From Bacillota bacterium (GTDB taxonomy: Bacteria; Bacillota; Clostridia; Tissierellales; MES13): 64,000 bases of DNA. Below are positions 44,663 through 54,756 of this stretch, piece after piece (within the stretch, counting starts at the first letter, position 1; each line of letters starts with the position of its first letter). The notes below the pieces were generated by a model. It did no database searches. It was not told the origin of the DNA and was given only the letters and a program-made list of their open reading frames with translations. The stretch covers positions 1,065-65,064 of the forward strand of contig VEND01000090.1 of the NCBI GenBank assembly GCA_009711765.1, in the 5' to 3' direction. The position numbers and the translations under genes are program-made.

Positions 44663-46258
44663 ATGAAAAAAATCCAACTTAAGTTAAGAACAAAGATTAC
44701 TTTACTAATAATTATCGTAGTATTAGTATCTTTATTCTTTGGTGCATTTTTTATAAGTCAGTGGACAATAAGAAATGTTCAAAAAGAAGAGGAAACTAAT
44801 ATTATGGACAAGGCTAAAATAATAGCAAGTATGCCGAGTATAAAAAAGGCCTTAAATGAAAAAGATCCAAATAAAGATATACAAAAAATAGTAGAAGATT
44901 TTTTAAAATTAACAGAGACAGTGGAAGTAATTGTTGTTGCAGATATGGAAAGTATTAGATATGGTCATCCTAAACGGGATAGACTTGGGAAAAAATTTGT
45001 AGGTGGGGATGAAAAAGAGGTAATTAATAAAGGAAAATCCTATGTTTCAGAGGCTACTGGAACCCTTGGAAGGGAAATAAGAGCATTTACACCTATATAT
45101 TATAATAATGAACAGATAGGTTTTGTAATGGCAGGGACATTTACACAAACTATAAATGATACTAAAAAAGAAAGTTTAATAATTATAAGTAAAGGAACAT
45201 TAATTGGTTTAATTATAGGAATAATAGGGGCTTTTTTATTAGCAACAAATATTAAACATACTTTATTAGGATTAGAACCTGAGGAAATTTCAAAACTATA
45301 TGTAGAAAAAAATGGTATGTTATATGCAATACATGAAGGAATTATAGCCATTAATGAAAATGAAGAGATAACTTTAGTAAACGATTCAGCAATTGAAATG
45401 CTTCATATTAAAGAAAAGGATGTTTTAGGAAGAAAGGTTAGGGATGTATTTCCCACTAGTAAATTACCAAATGTTTTAGAATCCGGTAAAGCAGAATTTG
45501 ATAGAGAACAATTAATAAATGATACTATTATTATGACAAATAGAGTTCCTGTAAAATCAAAACAAGAAATCATAGGTGCTATAGCTACCTTTAGGGATAA
45601 AACAAAAATTACTAAGTTAGCTGAAGAAGTTACAGGTGTTAAGCAAATAGTAGAAGCTTTAAGGTCTAATACCCATGAATTTATGAATAAACTACATGTA
45701 ATTTTAGGATTGTTACACATTGAAGATTATGAGCATGCTAAAAAGTTTATTATAAGTGAAACTAAAAAACAGCAACAAATTTTAAGTTTAGTAATGAATA
45801 ATATAGAAGATAGTGCAGTGGCTGGTTTAATAATAGGTAAGTTTAGTAGGGCTAAGGAACTTGATATTAATATGAAAATATCAAAGGAAAGTAAATTATC
45901 AAAGCTAACGGGTCAAATAAAAAGTAATACATTAATTACTGTAATAGGAAATCTTTTAGAAAATTCCATGGAAGCTTTATTAAAAAGTGATAAAGAGGAT
46001 AAAAATGTGGAGTTATTAATAAAAGAAACCCCTGAAATTTTAAAAATTATTGTTACAGACAATGGTTGTGGTATTGATAAAGGTTCTATCCCTTTGGTAT
46101 TTAAAAGGGGATATTCAACAAAGGAAGGTAGTAGAGGAATAGGTCTTGATAATGTAAAAAATGTAGTAGAAAATTTAGGAGGAAATATTAAGGTTGAGTC
46201 AATTAAAAATGTGTCTACTAAGTTTATTGTAACTATTCCAAAGAGGGAGTGGAGTTAA
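44663..46258 (+). CDS. Sensor histidine kinase, DcuS/CitA/MalK family
   Basis: Two TM helices flank a periplasmic-type sensor domain. PAS domain. SpoOB-type H-box LRSNTHEFMNKLHVILGLL. HATPase blocks DNGCGI and GSRGIGL. Confidence 0.88.
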   Translation: MKKIQLKLRTKITLLIIIVVLVSLFFGAFFISQWTIRNVQKEEETNIMDKAKIIASMPSIKKALNEKDPNKDIQKIVEDFLKLTETVEVIVVADMESIRYGHPKRDRLGKKFVGGDEKEVINKGKSYVSEATGTLGREIRAFTPIYYNNEQIGFVMAGTFTQTINDTKKESLIIISKGTLIGLIIGIIGAFLLATNIKHTLLGLEPEEISKLYVEKNGMLYAIHEGIIAINENEEITLVNDSAIEMLHIKEKDVLGRKVRDVFPTSKLPNVLESGKAEFDREQLINDTIIMTNRVPVKSKQEIIGAIATFRDKTKITKLAEEVTGVKQIVEALRSNTHEFMNKLHVILGLLHIEDYEHAKKFIISETKKQQQILSLVMNNIEDSAVAGLIIGKFSRAKELDINMKISKESKLSKLTGQIKSNTLITVIGNLLENSMEALLKSDKEDKNVELLIKETPEILKIIVTDNGCGIDKGSIPLVFKRGYSTKEGSRGIGLDNVKNVVENLGGNIKVESIKNVSTKFIVTIPKREWS

Positions 46259-46259
46259 T

Positions 46260-46937
46260 ATGATAAATGTTTTAATAGTTGAAGATGACCCAATGGTTTC
46301 AGAATTAAATAAAAGATATGTAGAAAGTATTGAAGGGTTTAAGGTTATAAAAAGTGTTAGTAATGGTCAAGATGCACTTAAAATTTTAAATAAAAAAAGA
46401 ATAGATTTAGTTATATTAGATATATATATGCCTAAAGTTGACGGGATTAGTTTATTAAAGGAAATGAGAAAAAGATCTATCATGAGTGATGTTATATTAG
46501 TAACTGCAGCAAAGGAGGCAAAAAATATAGATGCTGTATTAAAATTAGGGGCAGTGGATTATTTAATAAAACCCTTTGAATTTGAAAGATTACAAAACTC
46601 ATTAAAAAAATATCTACAAAGGCATAGGCTTTTAAATGATAAAGAGGCATTTAAACAGGAGGATATTGATAAACTAACTGTAAAATATAAGACAAATGGA
46701 AAAGAAGAAATTAAAAAAGGACTTCACAAACATACCCTTGATATGATTAGAAGGTATATGAGTAAAAATAAAGATATCTATTTATCCAGTGATGAAATAG
46801 CTGAAAAGTTAGATTTTTCTAAAGTAACTATTAGAAGATACCTTGAGTATTTAGAGGAGATTGGTGAAATAAAATTACAAATAAATTACGGTGGTATAGG
46901 AAGACCAGCACATCTATATAAGTATAACAAAAAATAG
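46260..46937 (+). CDS. Response regulator, CitB/DcuR/MalR family
   Basis: REC domain (VLIVEDDPMV, LVILDIYMPKVDG) plus a C-terminal wHTH. Confidence 0.88.
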   Translation: MINVLIVEDDPMVSELNKRYVESIEGFKVIKSVSNGQDALKILNKKRIDLVILDIYMPKVDGISLLKEMRKRSIMSDVILVTAAKEAKNIDAVLKLGAVDYLIKPFEFERLQNSLKKYLQRHRLLNDKEAFKQEDIDKLTVKYKTNGKEEIKKGLHKHTLDMIRRYMSKNKDIYLSSDEIAEKLDFSKVTIRRYLEYLEEIGEIKLQINYGGIGRPAHLYKYNKK

Positions 46938-46971
46938 TTGTTAAAAAAATGTCATAATTTATTTTAATTTA

Positions 46972-47008
46972 TAAACATTTAGAATATATTCTAAATGTTT
47001 ATTTTTTT
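46972..47008 (+). terminator. Rho-independent terminator
   Basis: AAACATTTAGAATA / TATTCTAAATGTTT perfect stem plus a T-run. Confidence 0.85.
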
Positions 47009-47061
47009 GGGGTTTAAGAATATTATTTAATTAAACATTAATACTTAGGAGATGATAAAAA

Positions 47062-48234
47062 ATGGATTATAAGGATTTGAGTTTAAAAATGCATAAAGAA
47101 AAGATAGGAAAGATAGAAATCAAATCTAAAGTCAAAGTAAAGGATAAAGATGATTTATCAACAGCTTATACACCAGGGGTAGCTGAACCCTGTAGAAAAA
47201 TCCATGAAGATAAAGAAAGCGTTTACAAATATACATCTAAAGGAAATTTAGTGGCTGTTGTAAGTGATGGAACTGCAGTATTAGGATTAGGGGATATTGG
47301 AGCTTTAGCCTCAATGCCTGTAATGGAGGGAAAGAGTATACTTTTTAAAGAGTTTGGTAATGTGGATGCTTTTCCTATTTGCCTAGATACAAAGGATGTT
47401 GATGAATTAGTAAAGACAATAAAATTAATGGCTCCAACCTTTGGAGGTATTAACTTAGAAGATATTTCAGCTCCAAGGTGTTTTGAAATTGAAGAAAGAT
47501 TAAAAAAGGAACTTGATATACCTGTTTTTCATGACGATCAACATGGAACAGCAATAGTTGTTTCAGCTGGACTTATTAATGCTTTAAAACTAGTAAATAA
47601 GGATTTTAAAGATACAAAAATTGTAGTAAATGGTGCAGGATCAGCCGGGGTTGCCATTACTAAAATGCTAATTAATCTAGGGGCAGGTGATATATTACTT
47701 TGTGATAAAACAGGAATAATTTATGAAGGGGCTTCAAATAATGATGAAATAAAAGAAGCTATGGCAAAGATAACTAATAAAGAAAATAAAAAGGGATCAT
47801 TAAAGGAGGCTTTAGTTGATGCAGATATTTTCATAGGAGTATCAGCAGGAAATATTGTTAGTAAAGAAATGGTTAAAAGCATGAAAAAAGATGCTATTGT
47901 ATTTGCAATGGCAAATCCTACACCAGAGATAATGCCAAGTTTAGCATTAGAAGCAGGAGCAAGGGTTGTTGGATCAGGTAGATCTGATTTTTCAAATCAA
48001 GTAAACAATGTATTAGCATTCCCTGGAGTATTTAGAGGAGCATTAGATGTACGGGCAACAGAAATTAATGAAGAAATGAAACTAGCAGCAGCCTATGCCA
48101 TTGCAAATAGTATTAAGAAAGAAGATTTAAAAGAAGATTATGTAATACCAGATCCATTTGATTTAAAAGTAGTATCAAGTATTTCTAAAGCAGTTTCTTT
48201 AGCTGCTAAAAAAACAAATGTAGCTAGAATTTAA
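47062..48234 (+). CDS. NAD(P)-dependent malic enzyme (short, ~390-aa type)
   Basis: LSTAYTPGVAEPC, DGTAVLGLGDIG, FHDDQHGTA and NGAGSAGVA. Confidence 0.9.
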   Translation: MDYKDLSLKMHKEKIGKIEIKSKVKVKDKDDLSTAYTPGVAEPCRKIHEDKESVYKYTSKGNLVAVVSDGTAVLGLGDIGALASMPVMEGKSILFKEFGNVDAFPICLDTKDVDELVKTIKLMAPTFGGINLEDISAPRCFEIEERLKKELDIPVFHDDQHGTAIVVSAGLINALKLVNKDFKDTKIVVNGAGSAGVAITKMLINLGAGDILLCDKTGIIYEGASNNDEIKEAMAKITNKENKKGSLKEALVDADIFIGVSAGNIVSKEMVKSMKKDAIVFAMANPTPEIMPSLALEAGARVVGSGRSDFSNQVNNVLAFPGVFRGALDVRATEINEEMKLAAAYAIANSIKKEDLKEDYVIPDPFDLKVVSSISKAVSLAAKKTNVARI

Positions 48235-48255
48235 AATTTTAAGGGGGAAAAAATT

Positions 48256-49551
48256 ATGTCAACTGAAACTTTGAAAAAGAATAGTTATAAAATTATGGGG
48301 CTTCCTATATCAATATTTATAATTTTAACTGCAGTTGTTTCAATAGCTGTGTATATGGGTGCACTTCCTACAGGAATGATAGGAGCTTTTCCACTTATGA
48401 TGATAATTGGTGCTATTTTAAATCAGTTAGGTAATAAGCTACCTATTATAAAGGATTATTTAGGTGGAGGACCTATTGTAGTTATATTTGGTTCAGCAGC
48501 TTTATTTACCTATGGAGTAATACCTAAGGCATCGGGAGAGATTGTTGTTAATTTTATGAAAAGTGAAGGTTTTTTAAGTTTTTATATCGCAGCACTTATA
48601 ACAGGTAGTATTTTAGGAATGGATAGAAAGTTATTAATAAAAGCAGCAGTAAGATATTTACCCGCTATAATTGGAGGAGTTATTGTAGCTTTAGGATTAA
48701 CTGGTTTAGTTGGAACATTTATAGGCTATGGAGCTAAGGAGGCAATTTTATATGTAGCACTTCCTATAATGGGAGGAGGCATGGGAGCAGGTGCAGTTCC
48801 TTTAAGCCAGATATTTGGGACAACCCTTAATGTTGACCCTTCTGTGATAATGTCAAAGATGGTACCTGCCCTTGCATTAGGAAATGCAATAGCAATAGTA
48901 GTAGCTGGAGCATTAAATAGGATAGGAAAGTCTAAAAAGAATTTAACAGGTGAAGGTAAATTACTAAAAAATCAAGAAAATTCTAAAGAAGAAGTAGAGG
49001 AAAAGGTAACTGAAGAAATTAAATATAACCTATTAGGTATGGGACTTTTATTTTCAACTACATTCTTTGTATGGGGGAAAATCTTAGCTAAATTTATTCC
49101 AATCCATTCCTATGCATTAATGATTATAACGGTGGCTATAGTAAAGGTATTAGGTATATTACCTAGAAAATATGAAGTCGGTGCTTATCAATGGTTTAGA
49201 TTTATAATGGTTAACTTAACACCAGCTTTATTAGTTGGTATAGGTGTAGCTTATACAAACTTAAATCAAGTTATAGATGCATTTACATTACAATATATAG
49301 TATTAGTTGCAACTGCAATAATAGGATCAGTTATTGGTTCAGGAATTATAGGAAGTTTACTTGGGTTTTATCCGATAGAGTCAGCAATAACAGCAGGATT
49401 ATGTATGGCTAATATGGGAGGTACTGGAGATGTAGCAGTATTATCTGCTTCAAAGAGAATGGAATTAATGCCATTTGCTCAAATTTCATCCCGTATAGGT
49501 GGAGCATTTATGCTGATATTAGCTACAGGATTATTAAAAATATTTATGTAA
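48256..49551 (+). CDS. 2-hydroxycarboxylate transporter family (MaeN/CitS/MleP-like malate or citrate symporter)
   Basis: 431-aa polytopic protein with a C-terminal MANMGGTGDVAVL loop. Sits with a malic enzyme and a CitA/CitB-type two-component system. Confidence 0.75.
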   Translation: MSTETLKKNSYKIMGLPISIFIILTAVVSIAVYMGALPTGMIGAFPLMMIIGAILNQLGNKLPIIKDYLGGGPIVVIFGSAALFTYGVIPKASGEIVVNFMKSEGFLSFYIAALITGSILGMDRKLLIKAAVRYLPAIIGGVIVALGLTGLVGTFIGYGAKEAILYVALPIMGGGMGAGAVPLSQIFGTTLNVDPSVIMSKMVPALALGNAIAIVVAGALNRIGKSKKNLTGEGKLLKNQENSKEEVEEKVTEEIKYNLLGMGLLFSTTFFVWGKILAKFIPIHSYALMIITVAIVKVLGILPRKYEVGAYQWFRFIMVNLTPALLVGIGVAYTNLNQVIDAFTLQYIVLVATAIIGSVIGSGIIGSLLGFYPIESAITAGLCMANMGGTGDVAVLSASKRMELMPFAQISSRIGGAFMLILATGLLKIFM

Positions 49552-49556
49552 GTTAT

Positions 49557-49590
49557 TAAGAGGGCAGATTTTCTGCTCTCTTATTTTTTA
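49557..49590 (+). terminator. Rho-independent terminator
   Basis: AAGAGGGCAG / CTGCTCTCTT stem plus ATTTTTT. Confidence 0.8.
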
Positions 49591-49596
49591 TAAAAA

Positions 49597-49625
49597 TTTT
49601 CTATTAAAATAAATTATGGTATAAT
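49597..49625 (+). promoter_or_regulatory. Candidate sigma-A promoter of the sigma-54 activator gene
   Basis: Extended -10 TGgTATAAT (49617..49625). Weak -35 TTTTCT (49597..49602). Confidence 0.45.
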
Positions 49626-49646
49626 TATGAAAAAGGCACTATCGGG

Positions 49647-49683
49647 TGCCTAAATTTAAGCACATGGTGCCAAAATTTAAGCA
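49647..49683 (+). promoter_or_regulatory. Two tandem copies of a 16-17 bp motif (candidate activator binding sites)
   Basis: TGCCTAAATTTAAGCA (49647..49662) and TGCCAAAATTTAAGCA (49668..49683), 21 bp centre to centre. A third, inverted copy lies at 51116..51132. Confidence 0.5.
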
Positions 49684-49696
49684 GTGGGGTGATGGG

Positions 49697-51079
49697 ATGA
49701 AGGATCTTTTTTTTAGAGAGAATATATTTGAGATACTTGATCATATAGATGAAGGGATACACATTATAGATAGTCAAGGTAAGATAGTATATTATAATAA
49801 GCTTGCCCAAAGTTTAGATGAAATTGAGGGTGAAAAGGCTGTAGGAAGACATATCCTAGAGATATATCCATCCCTTAGTTATAAGTCTAGTACATTACTT
49901 AAAGCAGTTAATTTAGGAAAGGCTATATTTAATAAAGAACAAACATTTACAAATTATAAAGGGGATAAAATAACTACAATAAATACATCTATTCCTATAA
50001 AGTCTAATGGAAAGATAAAAGGGGCTTTAGAAATATCAAAGGATATAACTAAAGTTAAAGAGCTTTCTGAAAGGATAGTAGATTTACAAAAAGAGCTTTA
50101 TAAAAGTGATAGTGAAAAACCAAAAAAGAATAAATCTTCAGCTAAATTTACCTTTGTAGATATCATAGGACAATCTAAAGAGATGCTTGATTTAAAATCA
50201 TTAGCTTTAAAGGCATCCCAAAGTCCATCACCAGTTCTTATATATGGAGAAACAGGAACAGGTAAGGAATTATTTGTTCAATCAATTCATAATTCGAGTA
50301 AAAGGAAAAATAAGCCCTTTATAGCCCAAAACTGTGCAGCCCTTCCTGCAAATCTTTTAGAAGGGATATTATTTGGTACAGTTAAAGGGGGATTTACAGG
50401 AGCAGAGGATAGATTAGGTCTATTTGAACTAGCAAATGGAGGGACTTTATTTTTAGATGAGATAAATTCTATGCCCTTAGAATTACAGGCAAAATTATTA
50501 AGGGTATTACAGGATGGTTCAATAAGAAGGATAGGCTCTACTAAAACAAGGGATGTTGATGTAAAAATAATAACTGCCCTTAATATATCCCCTGAAGAAG
50601 CTTTAAAAGAAAAGTTAATTAGAAGGGATCTTTATTTTAGATTAAATGTAATTAATTTAAGATTACCCCCATTAAGGGAAAGAAAGGATGATATCCCTTT
50701 ATTAGTCGATTATTTTTTAGATAAGTTTAATAAAAAATTTAAAATAAATGTTAAAAAAGTCTCTAAGGAAGTTATGAATGTATTTTTAAATTACCAATGG
50801 CCAGGTAATGTAAGGGAGTTAGAACATATCCTAGAGGGCATAGTTTCTATTTTAGATATTGATGAAATTAAGTTAAAGCATTTACCTAAACATTTATCTA
50901 ATACAACTAAATATAATTTAGATATTAAGCCTTTAAATGAGTCTATAACTGAACTTGAAAAGGATATTATAAAAAGGGCCCTAAGCTTAAGTAACTTTAA
51001 TATAACCCATGCAGCAGAACTTATAAAAATTCCTAGACAAACCCTTCAATATAAAATAAAAAAATATAATTTAAAGTAA
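49697..51079 (+). CDS. Sigma-54-dependent transcriptional activator (PAS - AAA+ - Fis HTH)
   Basis: Likely start is ATG 49697 (MKDLFF) after GGGGTGATGGG. Walker A GETGTGKE. GGFTGA loop. Walker B LFLDEI. WPGNVRELEH. C-terminal HTH HAAELIKIPRQTLQYKIKKY. Confidence 0.9.
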   Translation: MKDLFFRENIFEILDHIDEGIHIIDSQGKIVYYNKLAQSLDEIEGEKAVGRHILEIYPSLSYKSSTLLKAVNLGKAIFNKEQTFTNYKGDKITTINTSIPIKSNGKIKGALEISKDITKVKELSERIVDLQKELYKSDSEKPKKNKSSAKFTFVDIIGQSKEMLDLKSLALKASQSPSPVLIYGETGTGKELFVQSIHNSSKRKNKPFIAQNCAALPANLLEGILFGTVKGGFTGAEDRLGLFELANGGTLFLDEINSMPLELQAKLLRVLQDGSIRRIGSTKTRDVDVKIITALNISPEEALKEKLIRRDLYFRLNVINLRLPPLRERKDDIPLLVDYFLDKFNKKFKINVKKVSKEVMNVFLNYQWPGNVRELEHILEGIVSILDIDEIKLKHLPKHLSNTTKYNLDIKPLNESITELEKDIIKRALSLSNFNITHAAELIKIPRQTLQYKIKKYNLK

Positions 51080-51106
51080 AAGGGAAGTAAATCTTCCCTT
51101 TTATTA
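51078..51106 (+). terminator. Rho-independent terminator
   Basis: AAAGGGAAG-taaat-CTTCCCTTT stem followed by T-rich sequence. Confidence 0.8.
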
Positions 51107-51115
51107 TCATATTAC

Positions 51116-51132
51116 TGCTTAAAATTTGGCAC
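51116..51132 (+). promoter_or_regulatory. Inverted third copy of the TGCC-N-AAGCA motif; candidate upstream activating sequence
   Basis: TGCTTAAAATTTGGCAC. Its reverse complement GTGCCAAATTTTAAGCA differs at one central position from 49667..49683. It lies about 150 bp upstream of the -24/-12 element. Confidence 0.5.
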
Positions 51133-51283
51133 TTATAAGTTTTTTTATAAATAGAAACCTTCCCTTTAAATTGTTAATAACTTTTCATATTTAAATTTAA
51201 ATTTCTAAAATCCAGGTATTTACTGAATTTAAAACTATAAACATAAAGTTACATTAAATATAATTTTTCAACACAAACTATAG

Positions 51284-51300
51284 TGGTATGTAAGTTGCAT
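51284..51300 (+). promoter_or_regulatory. Sigma-54 (-24/-12) promoter of the lysine fermentation operon
   Basis: TGGTAT-gtaag-TTGCAT matches the TGGCAC-N5-TTGCW spacing. It lies about 80 nt upstream of the kdd ATG. Confidence 0.75.
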
Positions 51301-51380
51301 CTATATATAGGTGGATATTATCTGTTAGTATGTGCTAACAGTTATTTAAAAAATATATTTAATAAGGGGAGGCGTTTAAA

Positions 51381-52418
51381 ATGAAAAAAGGGTGTCCATT
51401 TGGAACTCACAGAGTAATTGAACCAAAGGGGAAGTTACCACAACCTGCAACAAAAATTGATAATGATATGGGAATCTATAGTAATGAAATTTTAATTGAT
51501 GTACAAACATTAAATATAGATTCTGCAAGTTTTACACAAATTAAGAATCAAGCAGGTGGAGATGTAGAAAAAATTAAAGAAATAATGAATTCTATAGTTG
51601 ATGAAAGGGGTAAACATCAAAATCCTGTAACAGGCTCAGGGGGAATGCTTATAGGAACTATAGAAAAAATAGGCCCAGATTTAAAGGGAAAAATAGATTT
51701 AAAAGAAGGAGATAAGATAGCTACATTAGTTTCTTTATCATTAACTCCTTTAAGAATAGATGAAATATTAGAAGTTAGAAAGGATATTGACCAGGTAGAT
51801 ATTAAAGGAAAAGCAATACTATTTGAAAGTGGTATATATGCAGTACTTCCTACAGACTTACCAGAAAATTTAGCACTATCAGTATTAGATGTAGCAGGAG
51901 CACCGGCACAGGCTGCTAAGTTAGTTAGTCCTGGAGATAATGTATTAGTAATAGGTGGTGCAGGTAAATCAGGAATGCTTTGTTTATATGAAGCTAGAAA
52001 AAGAGTTGGAGTTACAGGAAAGGTTATTTGTTTAGGACATAGTGAAAAGAGTCTTGAAAGGGTTAGAAAAGCAGACCTTGCAGATATCTACATAAAAGCA
52101 GATGCAACTAATGCAACAGAAGTTATGGAAAAGGTAAGTAAAGAAACAAACGGAGAAATGGCAGATGTAACAATTAATACTGTAAATGTTGATAATACTG
52201 AAATGTCTAGTATCTTAGCTACTAAGGATGATGGATTAATTTATTTCTTTAGTATGGCTACTAACTTTACAAAGGCAGCCTTAGGAGCTGAGGGGGTAGG
52301 AAGAGATACAAAAATGATTATAGGAAATGGATATACTAAAGACCATTCAGAAATAGCTTTACAAATAATGAGAGAAAGTAAAGAGTTAAGAAAGATATAT
52401 GAAGATCTTTATGCATAA
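51381..52418 (+). CDS. kdd: L-erythro-3,5-diaminohexanoate dehydrogenase
   Basis: 345 aa. N-terminal GCPFGTHRVIEPKG.LPQPA and LIDVQTLNIDSASFTQI, as I recall for Kdd. Rossmann fold VIGGAGKSG. Operon context with kamA/kamDE. Confidence 0.8.
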   Translation: MKKGCPFGTHRVIEPKGKLPQPATKIDNDMGIYSNEILIDVQTLNIDSASFTQIKNQAGGDVEKIKEIMNSIVDERGKHQNPVTGSGGMLIGTIEKIGPDLKGKIDLKEGDKIATLVSLSLTPLRIDEILEVRKDIDQVDIKGKAILFESGIYAVLPTDLPENLALSVLDVAGAPAQAAKLVSPGDNVLVIGGAGKSGMLCLYEARKRVGVTGKVICLGHSEKSLERVRKADLADIYIKADATNATEVMEKVSKETNGEMADVTINTVNVDNTEMSSILATKDDGLIYFFSMATNFTKAALGAEGVGRDTKMIIGNGYTKDHSEIALQIMRESKELRKIYEDLYA

Positions 52419-52454
52419 ATAGGTGTATATAAAAAAATTAGAGGAGGAGTCATT

Positions 52455-53702
52455 TTGAAATCTTTTAAAGACATTGACTTATGGAAGGATGTATCTGAAA
52501 GTGAGTGGAACGATTGGAAATGGCAATTAAAAAATAGAATTACAGATGTTAAAGAATTAGAAAGTATAATTAATTTAGATGATAAAGAGAAAAAAGAAAT
52601 ATCTGAAACCCTTAATAAATTTAGAATGGGTATAACACCCTATTATGCATCATTAATGGATAAAGATGATAAAAATTGTCCTATAAGAATGCAAGCTGTA
52701 CCAACTATAATGGAAACCCATTTAGGTTCTGCTGATATGGAAGATCCATTACATGAAGATGAAGATTCTCCAGTACCAGGTTTAACCCATAGATATCCAG
52801 ATAGAGTTTTACTACTTATAACAGATCAATGTTCAATGTATTGTAGACATTGTACAAGAAGAAGATTTGCAGGGGGCAAAGATTCAGAAATGCCCTTTGA
52901 TAGAATAGAAAAGGCTATAGAATATATAAAAAATACTCCTCAAGTAAGGGATGTTTTATTATCAGGAGGAGATGCATTATTAGTTTCTGATGAGAAGTTA
53001 GAAAGCATTATAAAAAGATTAAGAGAAATTGATCATGTTGAAGTAATTAGAATAGGTTCAAGAGTTCCTGTTGTAATGCCTCAAAGAATAACTGATAATT
53101 TAGTTAATATGCTTAAAAAATATCATCCAGTTTGGTTAAATACTCACTTTAATCATCCAAAGGAGATAACTGAAGAATCCGTTGAAGCTGTAAGAAAATT
53201 AGCTGATGCTGGTATTCCTTTAGGTAATCAATCAGTGCTTTTAAGGGGAGTAAATGATTGTGTTCATATAATGAGAAAACTTATGCATGAGCTTGTTAAG
53301 ATAAGAATTAGACCTTATTATATCTATCAGTGTGACTTATCAATGGGAATTGAACACTTTAGAACGAAAGTAGCTAAGGGTGTAGAAATAATAGAAGGAC
53401 TTAGAGGACATACATCAGGTTATGCAGTTCCAACCTTTGTTGTTGATGCTCCCGGTGGTGGAGGTAAAACACCAGTTGGTCCTAATTATGTAATATCTCA
53501 ATCACCAAATAAAATAGTTTTAAGAAACTATGAAGGAGTTATTACAACCTATGAAGAACCAAATAATACAGAACATGAATGTAGTTGTGAAGTTTGCAAA
53601 AGTGAAAGGGAAGATAAATTAAATGGAGTAGCAGGATTATTAGAGGGAAATAAAACTGCTATAGAGCCAAAGGACCTTGAAAGAAAGAAAAGAGGTAAGT
53701 AA
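52455..53702 (+). CDS. kamA: L-lysine 2,3-aminomutase (radical SAM/PLP)
   Basis: TTG start after GAGGAGGAG. CSMYCRHCTRR radical-SAM cluster motif, RDVLLSGGDAL and PYYIYQCDL. Confidence 0.93.
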   Translation: MKSFKDIDLWKDVSESEWNDWKWQLKNRITDVKELESIINLDDKEKKEISETLNKFRMGITPYYASLMDKDDKNCPIRMQAVPTIMETHLGSADMEDPLHEDEDSPVPGLTHRYPDRVLLLITDQCSMYCRHCTRRRFAGGKDSEMPFDRIEKAIEYIKNTPQVRDVLLSGGDALLVSDEKLESIIKRLREIDHVEVIRIGSRVPVVMPQRITDNLVNMLKKYHPVWLNTHFNHPKEITEESVEAVRKLADAGIPLGNQSVLLRGVNDCVHIMRKLMHELVKIRIRPYYIYQCDLSMGIEHFRTKVAKGVEIIEGLRGHTSGYAVPTFVVDAPGGGGKTPVGPNYVISQSPNKIVLRNYEGVITTYEEPNNTEHECSCEVCKSEREDKLNGVAGLLEGNKTAIEPKDLERKKRGK

Positions 53703-53723
53703 GTTTTCTGAAAGGAGTTTAAT

Positions 53724-54755
53724 ATGGCATTGATTGATTTAATATATGAAAATTATAAAAAAATATCAATAGTAGGAATGGCTAAAAACTCAGGTAAGAC
53801 AGTTACACTTAATCAAATTATAGAAGAGGCTTTTAATGAAGATATTATAATAGGTATAACATCCACAGGAAGAGACGGGGAAAGACAGGATGTTGTAACT
53901 AATACTGAAAAGCCAACTATATATGTCACAGAGGGCGTATTAATAGCAACAACAACTGAAAACCTTAGTATGGGGGATGCTAAGGTGGAGGTTATAAGTG
54001 TAACTGATTACAGGACTCCTTTAGGAAATATTGTTATTGGTCGTGTTAAAGATGATGGATATGTACAAATAGCAGGACCTCAGACTAATAAGGGGATAAA
54101 GGAAGTATCTGATTTAATGCTTGAATTAGGGGCAGAACTTGTAATTGTTGATGGTTCTTTAAATAGAATTTCATCAGCATCCCCTTTAGTAACTGAGGCA
54201 ACTATCCTTGCAACAGGGGCTGTTGTAAGTAGAAATATGAATAAAGTTATTAAAGAAACAATACATACAACTAACCTTTTTAGTTTAGAAGAAGTTAATA
54301 AAGCCCATAAATCTTTAATAGAAGATATAATGGATAATAAAAAGGTTGCTATAGTAAATAAGGATTTAACTGTTAAATATCTAGATATAAAAACAGCTAT
54401 AAATTCAGGAAGTATAATAGCATCTAATATAGATGATGATACTGAATATGTTGTTTTTCCTGGAGCTTTAGTTAAAAAAACAGTTGAAGATATTATTAAA
54501 AGTAATAAAAGGTATAAAGATATTAAGCTTATTGCAATGGATGGTACTAAAATTTTTATTAAATCTAAAGACTGGCTTAAATTTAGAAGATATGGTTTAG
54601 AGGTTAATGTTTTATATAGTATAAAAACAGTAGCAGTTACAATAAATCCTTACTCACCAACAGGGTATTATTTTAATCCAAAGGAATTTTTAGAAAAAAC
54701 AAGAAGCTTTTTAAAGGATGTTGATGTGTTTGATGTAATGCTAGGAGGTGAATAG
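53724..54755 (+). CDS. P-loop protein conserved in lysine-fermentation operons; putative 5,6-aminomutase reactivase subunit (KamB-like)
   Basis: N-terminal P-loop GMAKNSGKT. Located between kamA and the MutS-like ATPase. Confidence 0.55.
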   Translation: MALIDLIYENYKKISIVGMAKNSGKTVTLNQIIEEAFNEDIIIGITSTGRDGERQDVVTNTEKPTIYVTEGVLIATTTENLSMGDAKVEVISVTDYRTPLGNIVIGRVKDDGYVQIAGPQTNKGIKEVSDLMLELGAELVIVDGSLNRISSASPLVTEATILATGAVVSRNMNKVIKETIHTTNLFSLEEVNKAHKSLIEDIMDNKKVAIVNKDLTVKYLDIKTAINSGSIIASNIDDDTEYVVFPGALVKKTVEDIIKSNKRYKDIKLIAMDGTKIFIKSKDWLKFRRYGLEVNVLYSIKTVAVTINPYSPTGYYFNPKEFLEKTRSFLKDVDVFDVMLGGE

Positions 54756-54756
54756 T

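Noticed and set aside
49625-49810. ORF 49625..49810 (-), and the first 17 codons of ORF 49646 (+), which would encode MPKFKHMVPKFKQWGDG.
   Set aside because: The repeated PKFK peptide is the translation of the tandem TGCC-W-AAATTTAAGCA DNA motif. A better start with an RBS exists at 49697. The minus-strand ORF has no support.
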